The notes beneath the pieces were generated by a model that did not search any database, was not told the DNA's origin, and saw only the letters and a list, made by a program, of their open reading frames with translations. A stretch of DNA of 61,439 nucleotides, counting the filler, from Circinaria calcarea (lineage: Eukaryota): NCBI GenBank assembly GCA_051942165.1. It is 14 parts of 14 records of this genome, joined end to end, with 100 filler letters (N's around TTAATTAATTAA, not from the genome) between each part and the next. Parts side by side here need not be neighbours in the genome. Positions count along the whole stretch, not along the records: positions 13,230 to 17,536 come from JAVECS010002376.1; positions 17,637 to 21,942 come from JAVECS010002377.1; positions 22,043 to 26,342 come from JAVECS010002378.1; 11 more parts are not named here. One strand, 5' to 3'. Both the position numbers and the translations under genes were made by a program. Of the stretch, positions 13,437 to 26,000 are shown in pieces; position 1 is the first letter of the stretch; the number at the start of each line of letters is the position of its first letter.

Positions 13437-16400
13437 ATGGCTTCCCGCATTCTACGTGGGACACGCCCGTCCAGACCCTCGAGACCAGACACGAGAGAGG
13501 CCGAAAGAGAAGGGAAAGCGCTTGCAACGCTGCCAAAAGGTACCTCCCTCGCATCCAACGTCTCCAGCAGTTCCAGAATACCCAGGAGCACCTCATCCTT
13601 CTTCTCCAGATCCAAAAATACTCGGATCAAAGAAGTCCCTCCTGTTCCAAGTCGGAACGATACCACTCCCGGTATGACAGAATCAGTCAAATCCGCAGCA
13701 GCGGCGGCCGGTGAGAGGGCCCATCCGCGGGTAGGTAATGCCATGGGGCTGGGAATACATGCGGACGTCGTTCTACCAGCCAAAGCTTTGGATTACGGAC
13801 CACGACAAAGCAGTCGACTCCGTCGCAAAGCGTCAGCGAAAGATAATCACAGCCGATATGCCGAATCCGAATCGACCACTTTTGAAACCGTCACTTCCTC
13901 TCAGGCACTCGAATCTCAACACATCAGGTCGGAAGCCGCATCTCTGCCTGGAGGATACGACGATCCTTTCCCCGGATCAATTCTTGGAATAAGCCTTCCG
14001 ACAATTGCTGCTTCGACAACGCAAATTCCAAGTCCGAAGCCAAAAGTACCAGAACATGCAACGTCAAACTCTCGGATGGCTCATCACGTGGCGAGGTTAT
14101 CAACTCATAAAACACCAGCCCATGATCCTAATCCACCTACACCCAATTATGCAGCCAGGAGCAGTGTTGCCTCGACTCGCTGCTCCGTGTCCCCAGGTGC
14201 TTTCAGTCGGACATCTACGCCAACTTCAGCGTCATCCCACTCGCCTGCGGTCATTTCACCTCCCAAGTTTACCCCTAGGCTGAACCCGGCTGTCAAGTCC
14301 CGGCCCCCAGTCACGAGGCGCAGAGGCATTGAGGGATCGTCCTCGCGTAATGACTCAGAGTCCTCGGGCCTTCCTGTGTTAAGGGAGTCTATGACTTCCT
14401 TTTCTTCGGGCTCCACAATCCGAGCTGTGGAGGGTGCAGTGGAACCAGACCCGGCTGCGCCGAGAACCCAAGTTCATCTATCAGCCACACCACCGACCCC
14501 TCCCTTGCGAACCTCGTCTAAGAGATTACCAAAGTCTCGCAATTTTTCTAGGATAGATAAAGTCGAAGTTACCCCGACCGCAGTCCCGCAACCCCGACGC
14601 CAAGGGCCGCCCACCGTAACCAGTGGAATCCTCAAGCCTGACACTACGACTTCCTTTCATACAGAGAATCCAGGAACAGCACCTCCTCGGCCTAGCCGTG
14701 ACGGTGCTCCCAGTCTTGACCATCAGCAGATACCATCGCCCGTCATACGTAGTAACCTGAGTCGACTAGAAACAACAGGTCACAAGCGACGAGAATCGGT
14801 TGAGAAATTGGCAGTAGGTTCTTCTTCCAACAACGGCCAAGTCCCAACGATTCTCCCGTCGTTGGTACGTACCTTATCCAGCGCTTCCAGGATTCCTACT
14901 CTATCATCTTCTACCCACAGTGGTAAGCAAAACGACACGGCATCAACTTCATTACGGATGGGAGACTCTCGCGTGGTTCCCCAATTACAAACGAATTTCC
15001 CCACCAAAGCTCTAAATAAGGAAATTAGCCTCTCCAGCGGTAGTTCTGTTAAATCACCCAAGAAATTTTCCCTTTTCTCAAAACCGAGCAAGTCACCCTT
15101 GGACCCGAGCAATGTCGTATTCCCTGATAGGCTTACCAAGAAAGGCCCCACTGCGGGAACTGGGCACGAGGGTTATGGAAAGTATGGTAGACGTGGTCGA
15201 AGTGGAAGTATCAGTTCCACGGCCAGCCGGGGTCGTTCAACGAGTGTTGGCAGTAAGACTAGTCGTGCAGGTCGTCCCCCTTCTAGTCGCAAGAGTAGCT
15301 TTGGGAGCCAGTTTGAACCCGAGCTGGATGACTTCTACAAAGATAGGTTAGACCCGGTGGTTATCAGGGGTAGTGGTCCAAATTCCGAAGATCACGATTC
15401 CCCCATTTATCGAACAAGCAGTGCGGAGAGCGCAACAAGTTCAACGTCAAGTCCAGGCTACATCACTTCGAACAAGCGGATGGTTCACGGAACCCAAGCC
15501 CGTACTGAGGCAAAAGATCCAAAGGAATCAACCGGCCTCCCAACCTTGGCTGCTCGGCGATCAGTCCACCGCTCCAAGCCATTCAAGCCATCGGACACCC
15601 TAAAGGTACCACCTACAATAGACACGCAAACACTGACGTCCTCTCCTTCTTTGGATAGTGGGGACAGAATGCAGTCATCGATAGCAGGCACAGACAGTAC
15701 TACATCCTTGAACGACATCTCCGAAGGTCGCGAAGGTAACTGGTTCAAACCGAGAAAGGCTTTTGATCGGATCAAACTTCCCAACAAATGGAATTTCTTC
15801 CAGCGAGCGCAGTATAGCCCTAAAAGGACCAACGCTACTAATTCCGCCACGGAAACTCGTGGACTTGGCCAGTCGTCTGCTCCCATTTCCAAGCATGCTG
15901 AACCTCGTATAGTCGCTCATTATGCACTACTCGATGGGTCCGAAAAGGATGCCTCAGAGGCGCTAGATGATCTATTGCTTGATATTGAAGAAGATCTGGA
16001 GCTACGGCATCAGGACAGCCTAGAGACGTACAGGGTCATGGAACAAGAGGATTCCAATCAGGAGCATGATCACTCCACGCTGTTACCCTCGCCTCCAAGT
16101 TCGAATGCAGATTTTCCAGGCTACGTACGTCCTCCTCCACCTAAAGTGGCGTTGCATCATCGCGAGGCAAGGGCAGAACTCAAGGTCTCCCTGCCCACCG
16201 CTACGCCAAAACAGTCTCGGTTACCGCGGGTTGGTCGCATCCCAAAGGTAGGTTCGAAAGGAGACTACCTTCACAAGCCTCCCCAACAGTCGTTTTCTCG
16301 ACCGTTCTTTCGACGACCAGAACTCGCCGTCGAGCCCGCTGCCGACCTTACCATTGAGCATTCTCTGAATCCTGGTGAGTTTGAAGACACCAGCCAGGTC

Positions 16401-17536
16401 GACGCATTTGTCGAGCAAGCGGTCCCAAATGTCGAGGTCGAAGAACCTCCATCAGCGCAATGGGGAGACTACAGCATGGAAGAAGCTATGAATGTTCCAA
16501 TTGCTTTCAACCCCTTTGTCAATGGCATTAGCGAAGACCAATTTCTGTCGTTTCCCCCCCGGAAAGACTCCGAGGTTTCTGGATCAAGTAGCTCCGGTAT
16601 CGCCAGCTTCGTTGCCATTACTGCTATTCAGCCTACTTCTCAATCTTCACCTAGCGAGGATGAAGTATGGAATGAATATGACGAACTCCTTGACCGTGTT
16701 GTGTCTCCGATCGAATTTTCAGGCACCCCACGGGGTAAAGGTAACCTGCAGGCACCCGCCTCCGAACATTACCAGCAGCCATCTCTCGATTCGATGAAGA
16801 AGGAGTCACCCGTACTAAAACCCAGTCAGAACTCAGGAAGTATAGACTTACCCGGTCATTCTCTGAGGTCACAATCTCGGCAAGCTGCGACAGACTCCCC
16901 AGCGTCAGCACTTCCCAGTCCTCGCAGATCCGATGCGACGCTTGTGTCGCGTCTGTCGTTTTCGGACTTCTTTGCAGGTTACGCTGACAGATCCAGTCTT
17001 GGAACCAAGGTCGGACCAGCAACCCTATCGACAGGTAGTCAATGTAGTTCTTTGAGCACCTCATCTTCATCAGGATCTCGGACAGGTCGTGATAGCAATG
17101 ATGAGAAATATCGACAACTCTTAGATCGGAAAGCTAGCAGCGCGTCTGGAGCTCAGAATAGTCTCCGGTTCAGCGCGGTGATGACTAGCCGTTGGCTATC
17201 ATTCAACCGTGTACTTTTTAGCCCCGCCCAGGAGGAACTTGAGAACAACAAGCAAGACAGGATTTTAGTTCTTGACGGGTTATGCAACGATGACTGGTCA
17301 ACCTACTGCGCTATGACATATCCAGATGCTATTGTCTATAACCTTGGCACTTTGCAGGCCATGTCCGCCAGGAGGAGAGTATCTCTCACCTCGCGGTCAC
17401 TTTCCAATCATCGACGGATCCATCACGCCAGCTTCACCCACCCTTTCCCGTTCCCAAAAGGGTTCTTTACCGTGGTCGTCTTACGCTTCCCTGTTGCAAG
17501 TTCGGAGTCAACTTTCTACCATGCCATATCCGAGTG
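13437..17536 (+). CDS. Ser/Pro-rich protein with C-terminal SAM-methyltransferase-like domain, 3'-partial
   Basis: ORF of over 1360 codons with a conserved-looking island KKGPTAGTGHEGYGKYG and C-terminal RWLSFNRVLFSP...RILVLDGLCNDDWSTYCAMTYP...PFPFPKGFFTVVVLRFP (class I MTase-like). Confidence 0.7.
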
Positions 17537-17637
17537 NNNNNNNNNNNNNNNNNNNNNNNNNNNNNNNNNNNNNNNNNNNNTTAATTAATTAANNNNNNNN
17601 NNNNNNNNNNNNNNNNNNNNNNNNNNNNNNNNNNNNC

Positions 17638-18008
17638 CGACTGCTCAACGATATGCAAAACCACCAGGCTTCCTGGCCCTTTACGCAACCAGTCAACCGG
17701 GACGAAGTCGCAGACTACTACGAGGTCATCAAGGAACCCATGGATCTCAGTACGATGGAAGAGAAGCACGAAAAGGATTTGTATCCGACGCCGGAGGATT
17801 TCATCCGCGATGCGAAGCTGGTGTTTGATAATTGCCGGCGGTATAATAATGAAACGACGGCGTATGCGAAGAGCGCGAACAAGTTGGAGAAGTTCATGTG
17901 GAGCCAGATCAAGGCGATTCCGGAGTGGTCGGTACGTATCGTGCTCAGATCGTGGGGTTTATGCAGAGGACTGATGATTCTTTGTAGCACCTGGCGGACG
18001 AGAAATGA
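17638..18008 (+). CDS. GCN5: Histone acetyltransferase GCN5, C-terminal bromodomain, 5'-partial
   Basis: [40 protein letters not shown]...[12 protein letters not shown]...IPEWS, then intron 17932-17987 (gtacgt...ctgat...tag), then HLADEK*. Confidence 0.92.
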
Positions 18009-18230
18009 AACGCCATCCGGATGTTTTCAGCGAGACGTACATGGAGCCTCACAGCCAGTCCGCCATTTACACTCGAAGCATCGCCGGCATTCGGGAACGG
18101 GTTTTGGGGAGGTAACGGTCTACAATTTCTAGCGACGATACCCCAATGCAAGGTGTTTGGCGGCCTGCTGTCACTACTCACTTTGGACATTTAGTAGCTC
18201 AGTGTTTTTTATCTGCGAGACTTTGACTAT

Positions 18231-18258
18231 TGAATTGAATTGAATTGAATTGAATTGA
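18231..18258. repeat. (TGAAT)n microsatellite
   Basis: About 5.5 tandem TGAAT units downstream of GCN5. Confidence 0.9.
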
Positions 18259-18829
18259 GAGGAAAGTCGAAGACTTTTCAAAGTCTTGGCTAGGTGTCTT
18301 GATTGTAGAGTGCCCAGTCTGTATTCATATACTTGAGTTCGCTTGCACGTACTTTCCATCCCAAATCCTATCCGAACTCCACCCGGGGAGAAAATCTCCC
18401 CATCTTTCCCATCCAACCCCTCCCACCAACTCTATCCCCATCCCATCTCGTAATCATCCAATTCTCCTTCACCAATCCATTCCTCACCCTCCTCCAGATC
18501 GTCAAACCTGGAATCCCAGCCCCAGCAAATCAGATAGCATCGCAGAAAATGTCATGGATCGTCGTGATGGACTCAGAGTATATAGCCACCGCACCACACC
18601 ACACCAAACCACCCCCCCCCCCAAAACATCTCCATCATCGCCAGTCTAGCGCTAGAAGCAAGAGACTGCCAGTGCTTCAGGGATATTCTGGAATGTGGAA
18701 GTGGTGTTAACAGGTACGGGGTATGTGCGATTCATCATCGTCCCGTGAAATAACCCATGCAAGGGGCAAGATTTCTCAACTGACATGGCGGGACCGCCAT
18801 GCTAGTATTGACTCGAGCACGAGCGATTC

Positions 18830-19660
18830 GATAGGCCGCTCCAGTAACTGCGCTGGAGATGAACCACAGTTTGTATGCAACCTTCCCCTTCCCGACCCTA
18901 AGGGGGTTGTGAGGTAGTCTCCGAGGGTGTGTCTCACCACGATGTTGCCAGCGTGTGCTTAAGACCTTCATCCGCTGCTTGGTGTAAGCGTAGGGCCCTA
19001 CATCCAACGCTCTCTTGATGAAGACGAGTCTTACACGAGTTATGAGCGCGTTGGTGCTCGATAGGCCGCTCCGAACTTTCGAGCCAAACAACGCCATGTG
19101 GAAGTGAGGGTTCAGAAGCGATTGAGCAACGTGTTCACACTTGCCATGGAGTAATCGCCTCAACGACGTGTAGTTGTCCCCCTTGGCCAGACAAGCTTAA
19201 TAAAAAGCGAAATGCCTCAGCGACTATGGGCACCATGAATGCCAGAGAGGCCGCTCCGAGTATTTTTGCTGCTGGCACTGACTTGCGTTGAGTGAGCTCC
19301 ACTGAAGGTGAGACTTCAGCTCTGGGAGTACTCTTTGGTTGACAGGCTGCTCCGAGTATCGAACTGAAGAGCACGTTCAGCTGAGCATGAAGCCTGGGGC
19401 AATAGAAGCGTCATCTGCGCTTGATAGGCCGCCCCGTTACCACTTCATTTCTTTCAGACCACAATTGAGAGAAATGTCTGAGTATCATGAGCACCAAGCT
19501 AGGTTTGATGTTTGATAGGCCACTCCGAGAATGTTTCCGTTATCGCAAAAATCAGCAGATTTTCCTAAAGATGAGGCTCTAAGAGGAATGCGCACCGTAA
19601 TTCGGTTGACGCATGATAGGCCGCTCCAAGAATAGTATTAATCCTTATTATGATGTCCAA
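18830..19660 (+). repeat. Array of seven GATAGGCCGCTCC-like motifs with flanking hairpins; candidate structured ncRNA
   Basis: Copies start at 18830, 19060, 19245, 19341, 19423, 19514 and 19615, with unique sequence between them. Complementary arms flank most copies. The repeat is directly seen; the RNA interpretation is inference. Confidence 0.7.
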
Positions 19661-20005
19661 AGGACTGAGCACTCTCCGTCTTTATGTGACAATGTGGTGT
19701 GGGTTGGAAGGGAAAGAGAGCAGTGTTGGGGCTTAAATGTCTGAGGTGGCTGTGAAAAATGAGTCAGAGACTCGGTTCGAGCTTCTTCGATAGAGTGAAT
19801 GAGAGAATAGGCTTGGCCCGTGCCTATTTGTGAACGAATAGTTGCGGTGAGTAGCCAACAATGTGTAGGGGCTATAGAGCCGACCGAAGAGTATTAAACA
19901 GGGACAACGATGCACGTGACTAAGGTAGGCAGACATGGGAGGATCATAAATTCTGGTCGAAGTCATCACTTCGTAGACGGTTGAGAAAAAGCATGCCTCT
20001 CTTAA

Positions 20006-20922
20006 TTAACCCCCTAACCTTTTTCCCAGCCCGGCAAATCGCCCACCTCTCTTTGCATTCCGCTGCCCACCTCGACCTAGAGTCTCGTCGACGTCCATCA
20101 TGTCGCCTTGGTCCACATCATAGCCCTCCCCATTCCCTGCCTCGCCTGCCCCTCTCTTCCCTCCGGCCTTGGCCGTGTCTTTCAATGTACGGTCATCGGC
20201 CATGGCTTTCTCTAAGATTCTCTCGTGTTCCTTTTCCCGTCTTCTCCTGTTCGCTGCCCTTCTTCGTACTTCTGTAACTTGGCCTTCTATTTCTGCTAGT
20301 ACGCTCACGCATCTTCCATTCCAGTCATCAAGGACAGCGACGATGTGAGGCACGCTATTGGGTCTCAGGTCCCGCAAGGGTGCAAGTGAAGAAACATCCA
20401 CACGCTTAGAAAGGGTATCGAGCTTAGCATTCAGGAGACCGGCGTAGATACAGCTGATGACCAGATCTTCCAGAACTCGGATGGTGGGGAGGGCAAGGGC
20501 TGACAATAGGTAAGAGTAGGTAAGAGTAGCATGCGAAGTGGACAGTGAGAGGAGGGTAAGCTGGCGAAGCTTGGATGACTGGGCGTCCGACAGGGTAGGC
20601 AGATCAGGTGTTGCTGCGTATTATGTTAGGCTACTTCCAGACAACACCGTCGGAATCGAGGGGTTGTACACGTGTAATCTGACCAGGTGCCCCATGAGAA
20701 TATCTTCAGAAGCGTCAGGTAAGGCGCATATTCGGGCGATGCTGTACGCAATGACTGGATATTTGGTGTTTGCAGGAGCTCCGCGAAAACATACGTGTTG
20801 GGGGCAGATGTAGCTTGCGTGATGAGCTCTGCAGCCGCACGGGGGGATGTGGCGGATTTTGAAAGAAGGACATATTGCTCCAGGGCATTCAGAGCCTTTT
20901 GCTGGGTCGGATCCATTGCCAT
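20006..20922 (-). CDS. CSN7: COP9 signalosome subunit 7 (PCI domain)
   Basis: MAMDPTQQKALNALEQYVLLSKSATSPRAAAELITQATSAPNTYVFAELL...LLKIFSWGTWSDY; intron 20614-20669; KLRQLTLLSL...LEDLVISCIYAGLLNAKLD...RDLRP. Confidence 0.9.
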
Positions 20923-21789
20923 GGCTGAGATACGGTATGTACTACAGAGTACAGTATCGAAGCTCTTTTGCTTGGAGTCAGGGCGTTCATCGGATAAGGT
21001 GAGCATGGGGGGACTTATCGATAAGATGGCGGCTCAAAAATCACGTTACCAGTACCATAGTATGGTAACAGGGATCATGCTAGCGCGCTTTTTCATCGAA
21101 TCCACCAGCCTCCGAAGTTCGGTCACCGATGATCTTTGAATTTTCTAGACTCTAAGCTACATGTACAATGCAAAGTAGTCGGAGGCGAAAATGCTGCTGT
21201 CAATCCGGCATTGTTAGGTAAGATACTGATTGATGAAGGGCACACGTTCTCAAACCCAAGAAGGAGCACTGTTACACTACATCCAGAAGCTTCACCCTTC
21301 AGTTGTAGTGAAACAAAGAATATTCACTGAAGGAGGCTGTGGAATCGTATTGAAAAGTCCACGACGTATTCTCAGCTGATTATCATTTCGATCGGTCTAT
21401 GCTGAATGTAATCATCTCCCCGTTAAAACCTTCCTGCCTCCTCTCCCAAACTGGTTAGTAAGCACCAGCACTTACTACGCTTGCGGATCGTCTTCGCAGT
21501 CAGCCCGTAATACCGACCTCGGGGATACAAGGCTGACAGCCACAGTGCCATCCCACCACGAGGGAGCTGGTCTTCTCTCTTTCTTCTTTCTTTGTACTTG
21601 GATTTGGTGTGTTCTTACATATTAGAAGAATAGCAGCGACATTCGGACGCTTTGAAAGAGTGCTCGAGCGGTAAATACGCGCCTTCGTCGAACATACACA
21701 ACCATTTCCCCAAAACATCGACCTCGGTTCAACGAAGAACATCCCCGGGGAGAAGCTGGCCGGACGGTCGGTACGCAGTGCTGCTAGCA

Positions 21790-21942
21790 ATGGCTTCTTC
21801 AACCGCTGCGACCGCCCACATGGCTATGACAACTCTACGAGTCGAGGGTATGACCTGTGGCGCCTGCACCTCGTCGGTCGAGAGTGGCTTCAAAGATGTC
21901 GACGGGGTGGGAAACGTCTCTGTTAGCCTGGTGATGGAGCGG
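21790..21942 (+). CDS. CCC2: Copper-transporting P1B ATPase (Ccc2-like), first HMA domain, 3'-partial
   Basis: TTLRVEGMTCGACTSSVESGFKDVDGVGNVSVSLVMER contains the GMTCxxC metal-binding motif. The true start could be further upstream. Confidence 0.8.
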
Positions 21943-22042
21943 NNNNNNNNNNNNNNNNNNNNNNNNNNNNNNNNNNNNNNNNNNNNTTAATTAATTAANN
22001 NNNNNNNNNNNNNNNNNNNNNNNNNNNNNNNNNNNNNNNNNN

Positions 22043-22305
22043 ATTAAAAAATTATATATAATTCTTTTTTATAATATAAAGCCGGTAATAATTCTTTATC
22101 AGTCTGTCGTTTAAAATTATCGAAGGATTATAACGATAATTAGCTAACGAGGGAACAGCGAGGGGCTGAAAATGAATAAAAAAGCAGTATAAGGGAGCAG
22201 AACGAGCGGAAAAAAGAGCGCAAGGGAGCACTAGGCGAGCAGGTGGTCGGAATAATTGTTAGCGCGGGAGCAAAACAGCGACGCCTTAATCAGCCTAACA
22301 TCACA
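22043..22305. mobile_element. Possible decayed transposon/LTR end fragment
   Basis: AT- and TpA-rich contig start grading into a purine-rich tract ending ...CCTAACATCACA (TG...CA-type terminus on the reverse strand). No partner copy is visible. Confidence 0.25.
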
Positions 22306-23099
22306 TGTTGCCATAGGTTCGGGGTATCTATATATACATATATATCAAATCCAGCACCTTTTCCACCAGAGTCCAAAGGCCAAAGCATGGCGAATTGTGA
22401 AATAGGCTGTATTGGCTATGGTAACTACCACTCCATGTGTATGGACTTCACTATGGAACTACAGAACAGAAAGAACCCTCTGCTATGTGTACGCTCGGTG
22501 GTTAATTCAACCGCTCCGGATACTAGTTCCTCCACGTACCGTAGTGTAGAACCCCTACCTATTCTTGACACGATTATTTACCCGTAGTTGTAGCACGTGG
22601 ACTCGGTAAGCAAGCTTGATGCTTTTCAGCATTTTAGGGGGGGGTTCGGAGAGGAGAGGAGGAGAGCAAAAGAAAGGGGGCGAGGAAACTACGGATACAC
22701 GGCAAAAATTATGGTCGAGATCTGATTGTGTATTTTTTATTACATTGACATTTACAACATGTTTTCCGAGGAATCTCACCCCTACTCTCTCTGCCTATGT
22801 ACAAAACCATTCCATCCCCCCTTCAACTTATCTGTATCCGTATCTGTATCCGTATCTCTAGATCGAGCACAAGGTCACGAACCAAGCCTCTGGCCTTTTT
22901 TTTTGAGAAAAAAAAGGGGGTCCCAATATGCCCGAATCTCCCAGTAAAGGTAGAAAAGTACGTTGTGTACATGATACAAAATTGAAATTGGCAAGTAATC
23001 GCTCTACAATCACCATGCCGGTTTTATACGTCCCTGAGACAATATCACAGAGAAAAGAATAATTCAAGAAGAGAAAAAGTAGAAAAGAAAAAGAGGGTT

Positions 23100-26000
23100 T
23101 TAAAACATCGTCCCTGCAACTTTCTGCCTTCCCCCTACCGGCATCCCTACATCTAGGTCCTGCCCACCCATCCGAGCACGACCTCCAAATGCGACCGCCG
23201 GAGGAGCATATATCCTCTTCGGCGAAGGCAGCATCGGTTCCGGACTCATCGCTGCATGGGCCCGTGCTCTCGCGGCCAAGTTACCGCCTTCGCTCGACGT
23301 CTTGCGGAGTCGATGGCGGCTTTTCGGCCTCGGATCGCTTTCATCGGCGGAAAAGGTACTTCGTTCGCCATGTGCGTATTCAGGGCCATTGGACATGAGC
23401 ATGGGCATTGGCATGGGCATGGATGGCACAGGTGGAGGGTTCTCTGTTCTCTCTCCTCTACCACCTCCATTAAACGTATTGAGGAGATTATGGGTAGTGG
23501 GGGTACGACGCCTGCGCGGATTGAGAGGAGGAATGGGTGGAACAGGAGTATCATCGATGTTGTCCATGCCGTTGCTTAGACTGGCGCCAGGGGGAAGATC
23601 GACTGTGCTGACGGACGAAGTACAGGACATGAAGCGCGGATCCGAAATGTCGTGTTTGTTGATGCTACGTTTACGAGCACCGGGTACACGGACTGTTGGT
23701 GGAGAGGCACTCGCTGGGATCATAACTGGAGCGGAAGCGTTGGAAGGAGCTGGAGAAGGTACGGCGTGGGGGCCTGGGGATTGAGAAGTATAAGGTGTTA
23801 CCGGTGAGGCGCGAGGACTTCGACCGATAGGACCCGGGTAGTGGTTATGGTAGTTCGTTTGGACGGAGAGGAGAGACTTCTGGTCGAAATAACCTGGTGT
23901 GGTACCTCGGCTGTTGCTTCGGGTCCGACCTGACATGGCGGATTGAGACCTTGGTGGAAGATTGTCGTGTGGGGGTCTGATTTCCATGTGCGGTCGGGTT
24001 GGTGGGGAATAATTTCGGGCTTGCGCATGATTTGCGTAGTGGCCTTCATAAACTCGTGGTTCCATGCTTGGCTTTTTGCGTAGAGGATGAGCATTTGAGT
24101 TTGGGGGTGGATGGGCTAAGGGTTCTCGGTCGGTTCGATCGTGACCGAAAGGTCGCGAGAATGGAGGAACTACCTTCCGCGACGTGAAGCCTTGTCTTTG
24201 GTCTCCGTTATTCCGTTCAAAGTAGGCGTTTGGATTCGGAGTCGGTCTATTATGGTGGGGTCTATTAGGTTGGTTGGGTCGAGGAGTTGGCCGATAATGA
24301 GCTTTTCCATTTCCATGCGCATCTATCACGGCCTGGTCATCCCTTTTTTTCAAGCTATCCTCCTCTGGCAAAAGCGGGGATCCTGCCTTGGAGTTTGAAG
24401 TAGATCCCATGCCAAGCATCTTCATTCCTCTCGACGGACTTTCATGCTTTCCTACAAGAGACCCTCTGCTAGCCTTCTTCAACAGCCCAAAGGCTCCTCC
24501 TGTCCTGACATAACTCGAATCCTGTGGTCGACCTCCAGGCATAGGACTTGACGATCGACTTTCGGTCTCTGCAAAATTCTTCAGGCTATCCTGAACCCGC
24601 TTTCGCCTGTCAGCTAATTCATTGGCAAAGTCTTCCCTCTCTTTTTGCGTCTCGGTACTTCCACCTCTAGCGTGGTGCCCTTTGACCTGATCTTGCCATG
24701 CTGGGTTCACCGACTCCTGACTTTCTCGTGGTGTCTCTTCGCCAAGAGCTTGCCGTGTCTTATCTGCTGAAAAGCTTCCAAGCGTTTGCTGGGCTTTGGG
24801 AGATCCGTTTCTCAGTGCTGCAGCTTGATCAAGCATCGCCCTAGCACGAGCGGATAGAGAAGGCGGACTAGTCACTTGATTCTCGGCAACTTTTGATCTC
24901 GATGCATCTTGTATCCCATTCGGTTGCTTGTCCTTCCACGAGTTGTTCAATAGATCGGCCGGAGGCTGCTCTTCCCTTTCATTTTCAAACTGATTAGTCG
25001 TCTTTAGCATTTCATTGGACCATCTTTCATCGAGTCTAGGTGCAGGGTAGACCGAGGAATGATCGCTATCGTTACGTAAATGTGCTCTGACAAGGCCACT
25101 TAAACCTGTCATTGGTCCTAGTGTCGGTGAATCAACTTGCTCGAGATTATCTGGGGCCTCGAGAACTGTGACTCTGATATCGCTCCGTTTGTTTTCATTG
25201 ATAATTTCAAGATCTACTTCTTCAGTGAAATCCATATACGACTCCTCGTTGTGTTTGTTCTGAAATGCAGGATGGAGGTCATTGTGTTCGTACTGCAATG
25301 ATGGTGTAGCTTGTTGAGCAACCGGAGAAAGGCTTCGGAATTCAGCAGGTTTGGGTGTAATTGATTGCTGGCGAAGCCGGCTCTCGATCTTGCTATCACT
25401 ACCACTCAGACCGTTGGAGGGAGACTGGTTCATGTCAACGTGCGTGTCATCCAAGGGCTTCCGATGGATATGGGGGCTTTTAGTTACAGCTCCAAGTGCA
25501 TGGCTATGGAACTGCTGTGGCTGATGGTCTACATGAGAATCGAGACTTGATTGGAGGCTGGTCGAGGAGTCGTTTCTTACTCGGCCAACATAATCCACAG
25601 GAGTTTCGTTCCTCGAAGCGCTTCGAGAAGCCGTGCTAGAAGGCGTTTCTCTTCCTTCTTGCAGTTTAATTTGTCGTTGCGCGTACTGATGTTCGTCGTA
25701 CCGATGGATCGGCTTATGAAAAGCACCAGATGCGGTGGCTTTACCAAGATCGTTTGGCTCCAGGGAAGACACAAAGGTTGAGTTATCGAAATGAGGACTC
25801 ATCGGAGGGCTGAGTGGAGGAGAATGACCGAAACCAGACTGGTCATCCCTGTTCGTGATGCTCGAGGGCGGGTTGTTGAAGCCGAGGTCGAAGCCACTCA
25901 TGTCCGTGGGTGTGGCGGTGCTAGAAGGTGGCGGACTTCCAGCACGGAAACTCGTCGACGCATACAAAGGTCCCGATCGCTGAAAACGGTCGTTCAGATT

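Noticed and set aside
18735..19374. Minus-strand ORFs overlapping the motif array
   Set aside because: Motif copies fall in different frames, the ORFs lack ATG starts and show no protein features.
18830..19660. CRISPR array reading of the motif array
   Set aside because: The repeat is only about 13-18 nt, spacers are about 70-215 nt and irregular, the host is eukaryotic and no cas genes are present.
18009..20005. Telomerase RNA in the 2-kb GCN5-CSN7 interval
   Set aside because: Size fits, but only ACCCTAA (about 18895) is present rather than a 1.5-repeat template, and no pseudoknot or P6.1 could be identified. Not excluded without a covariance search.
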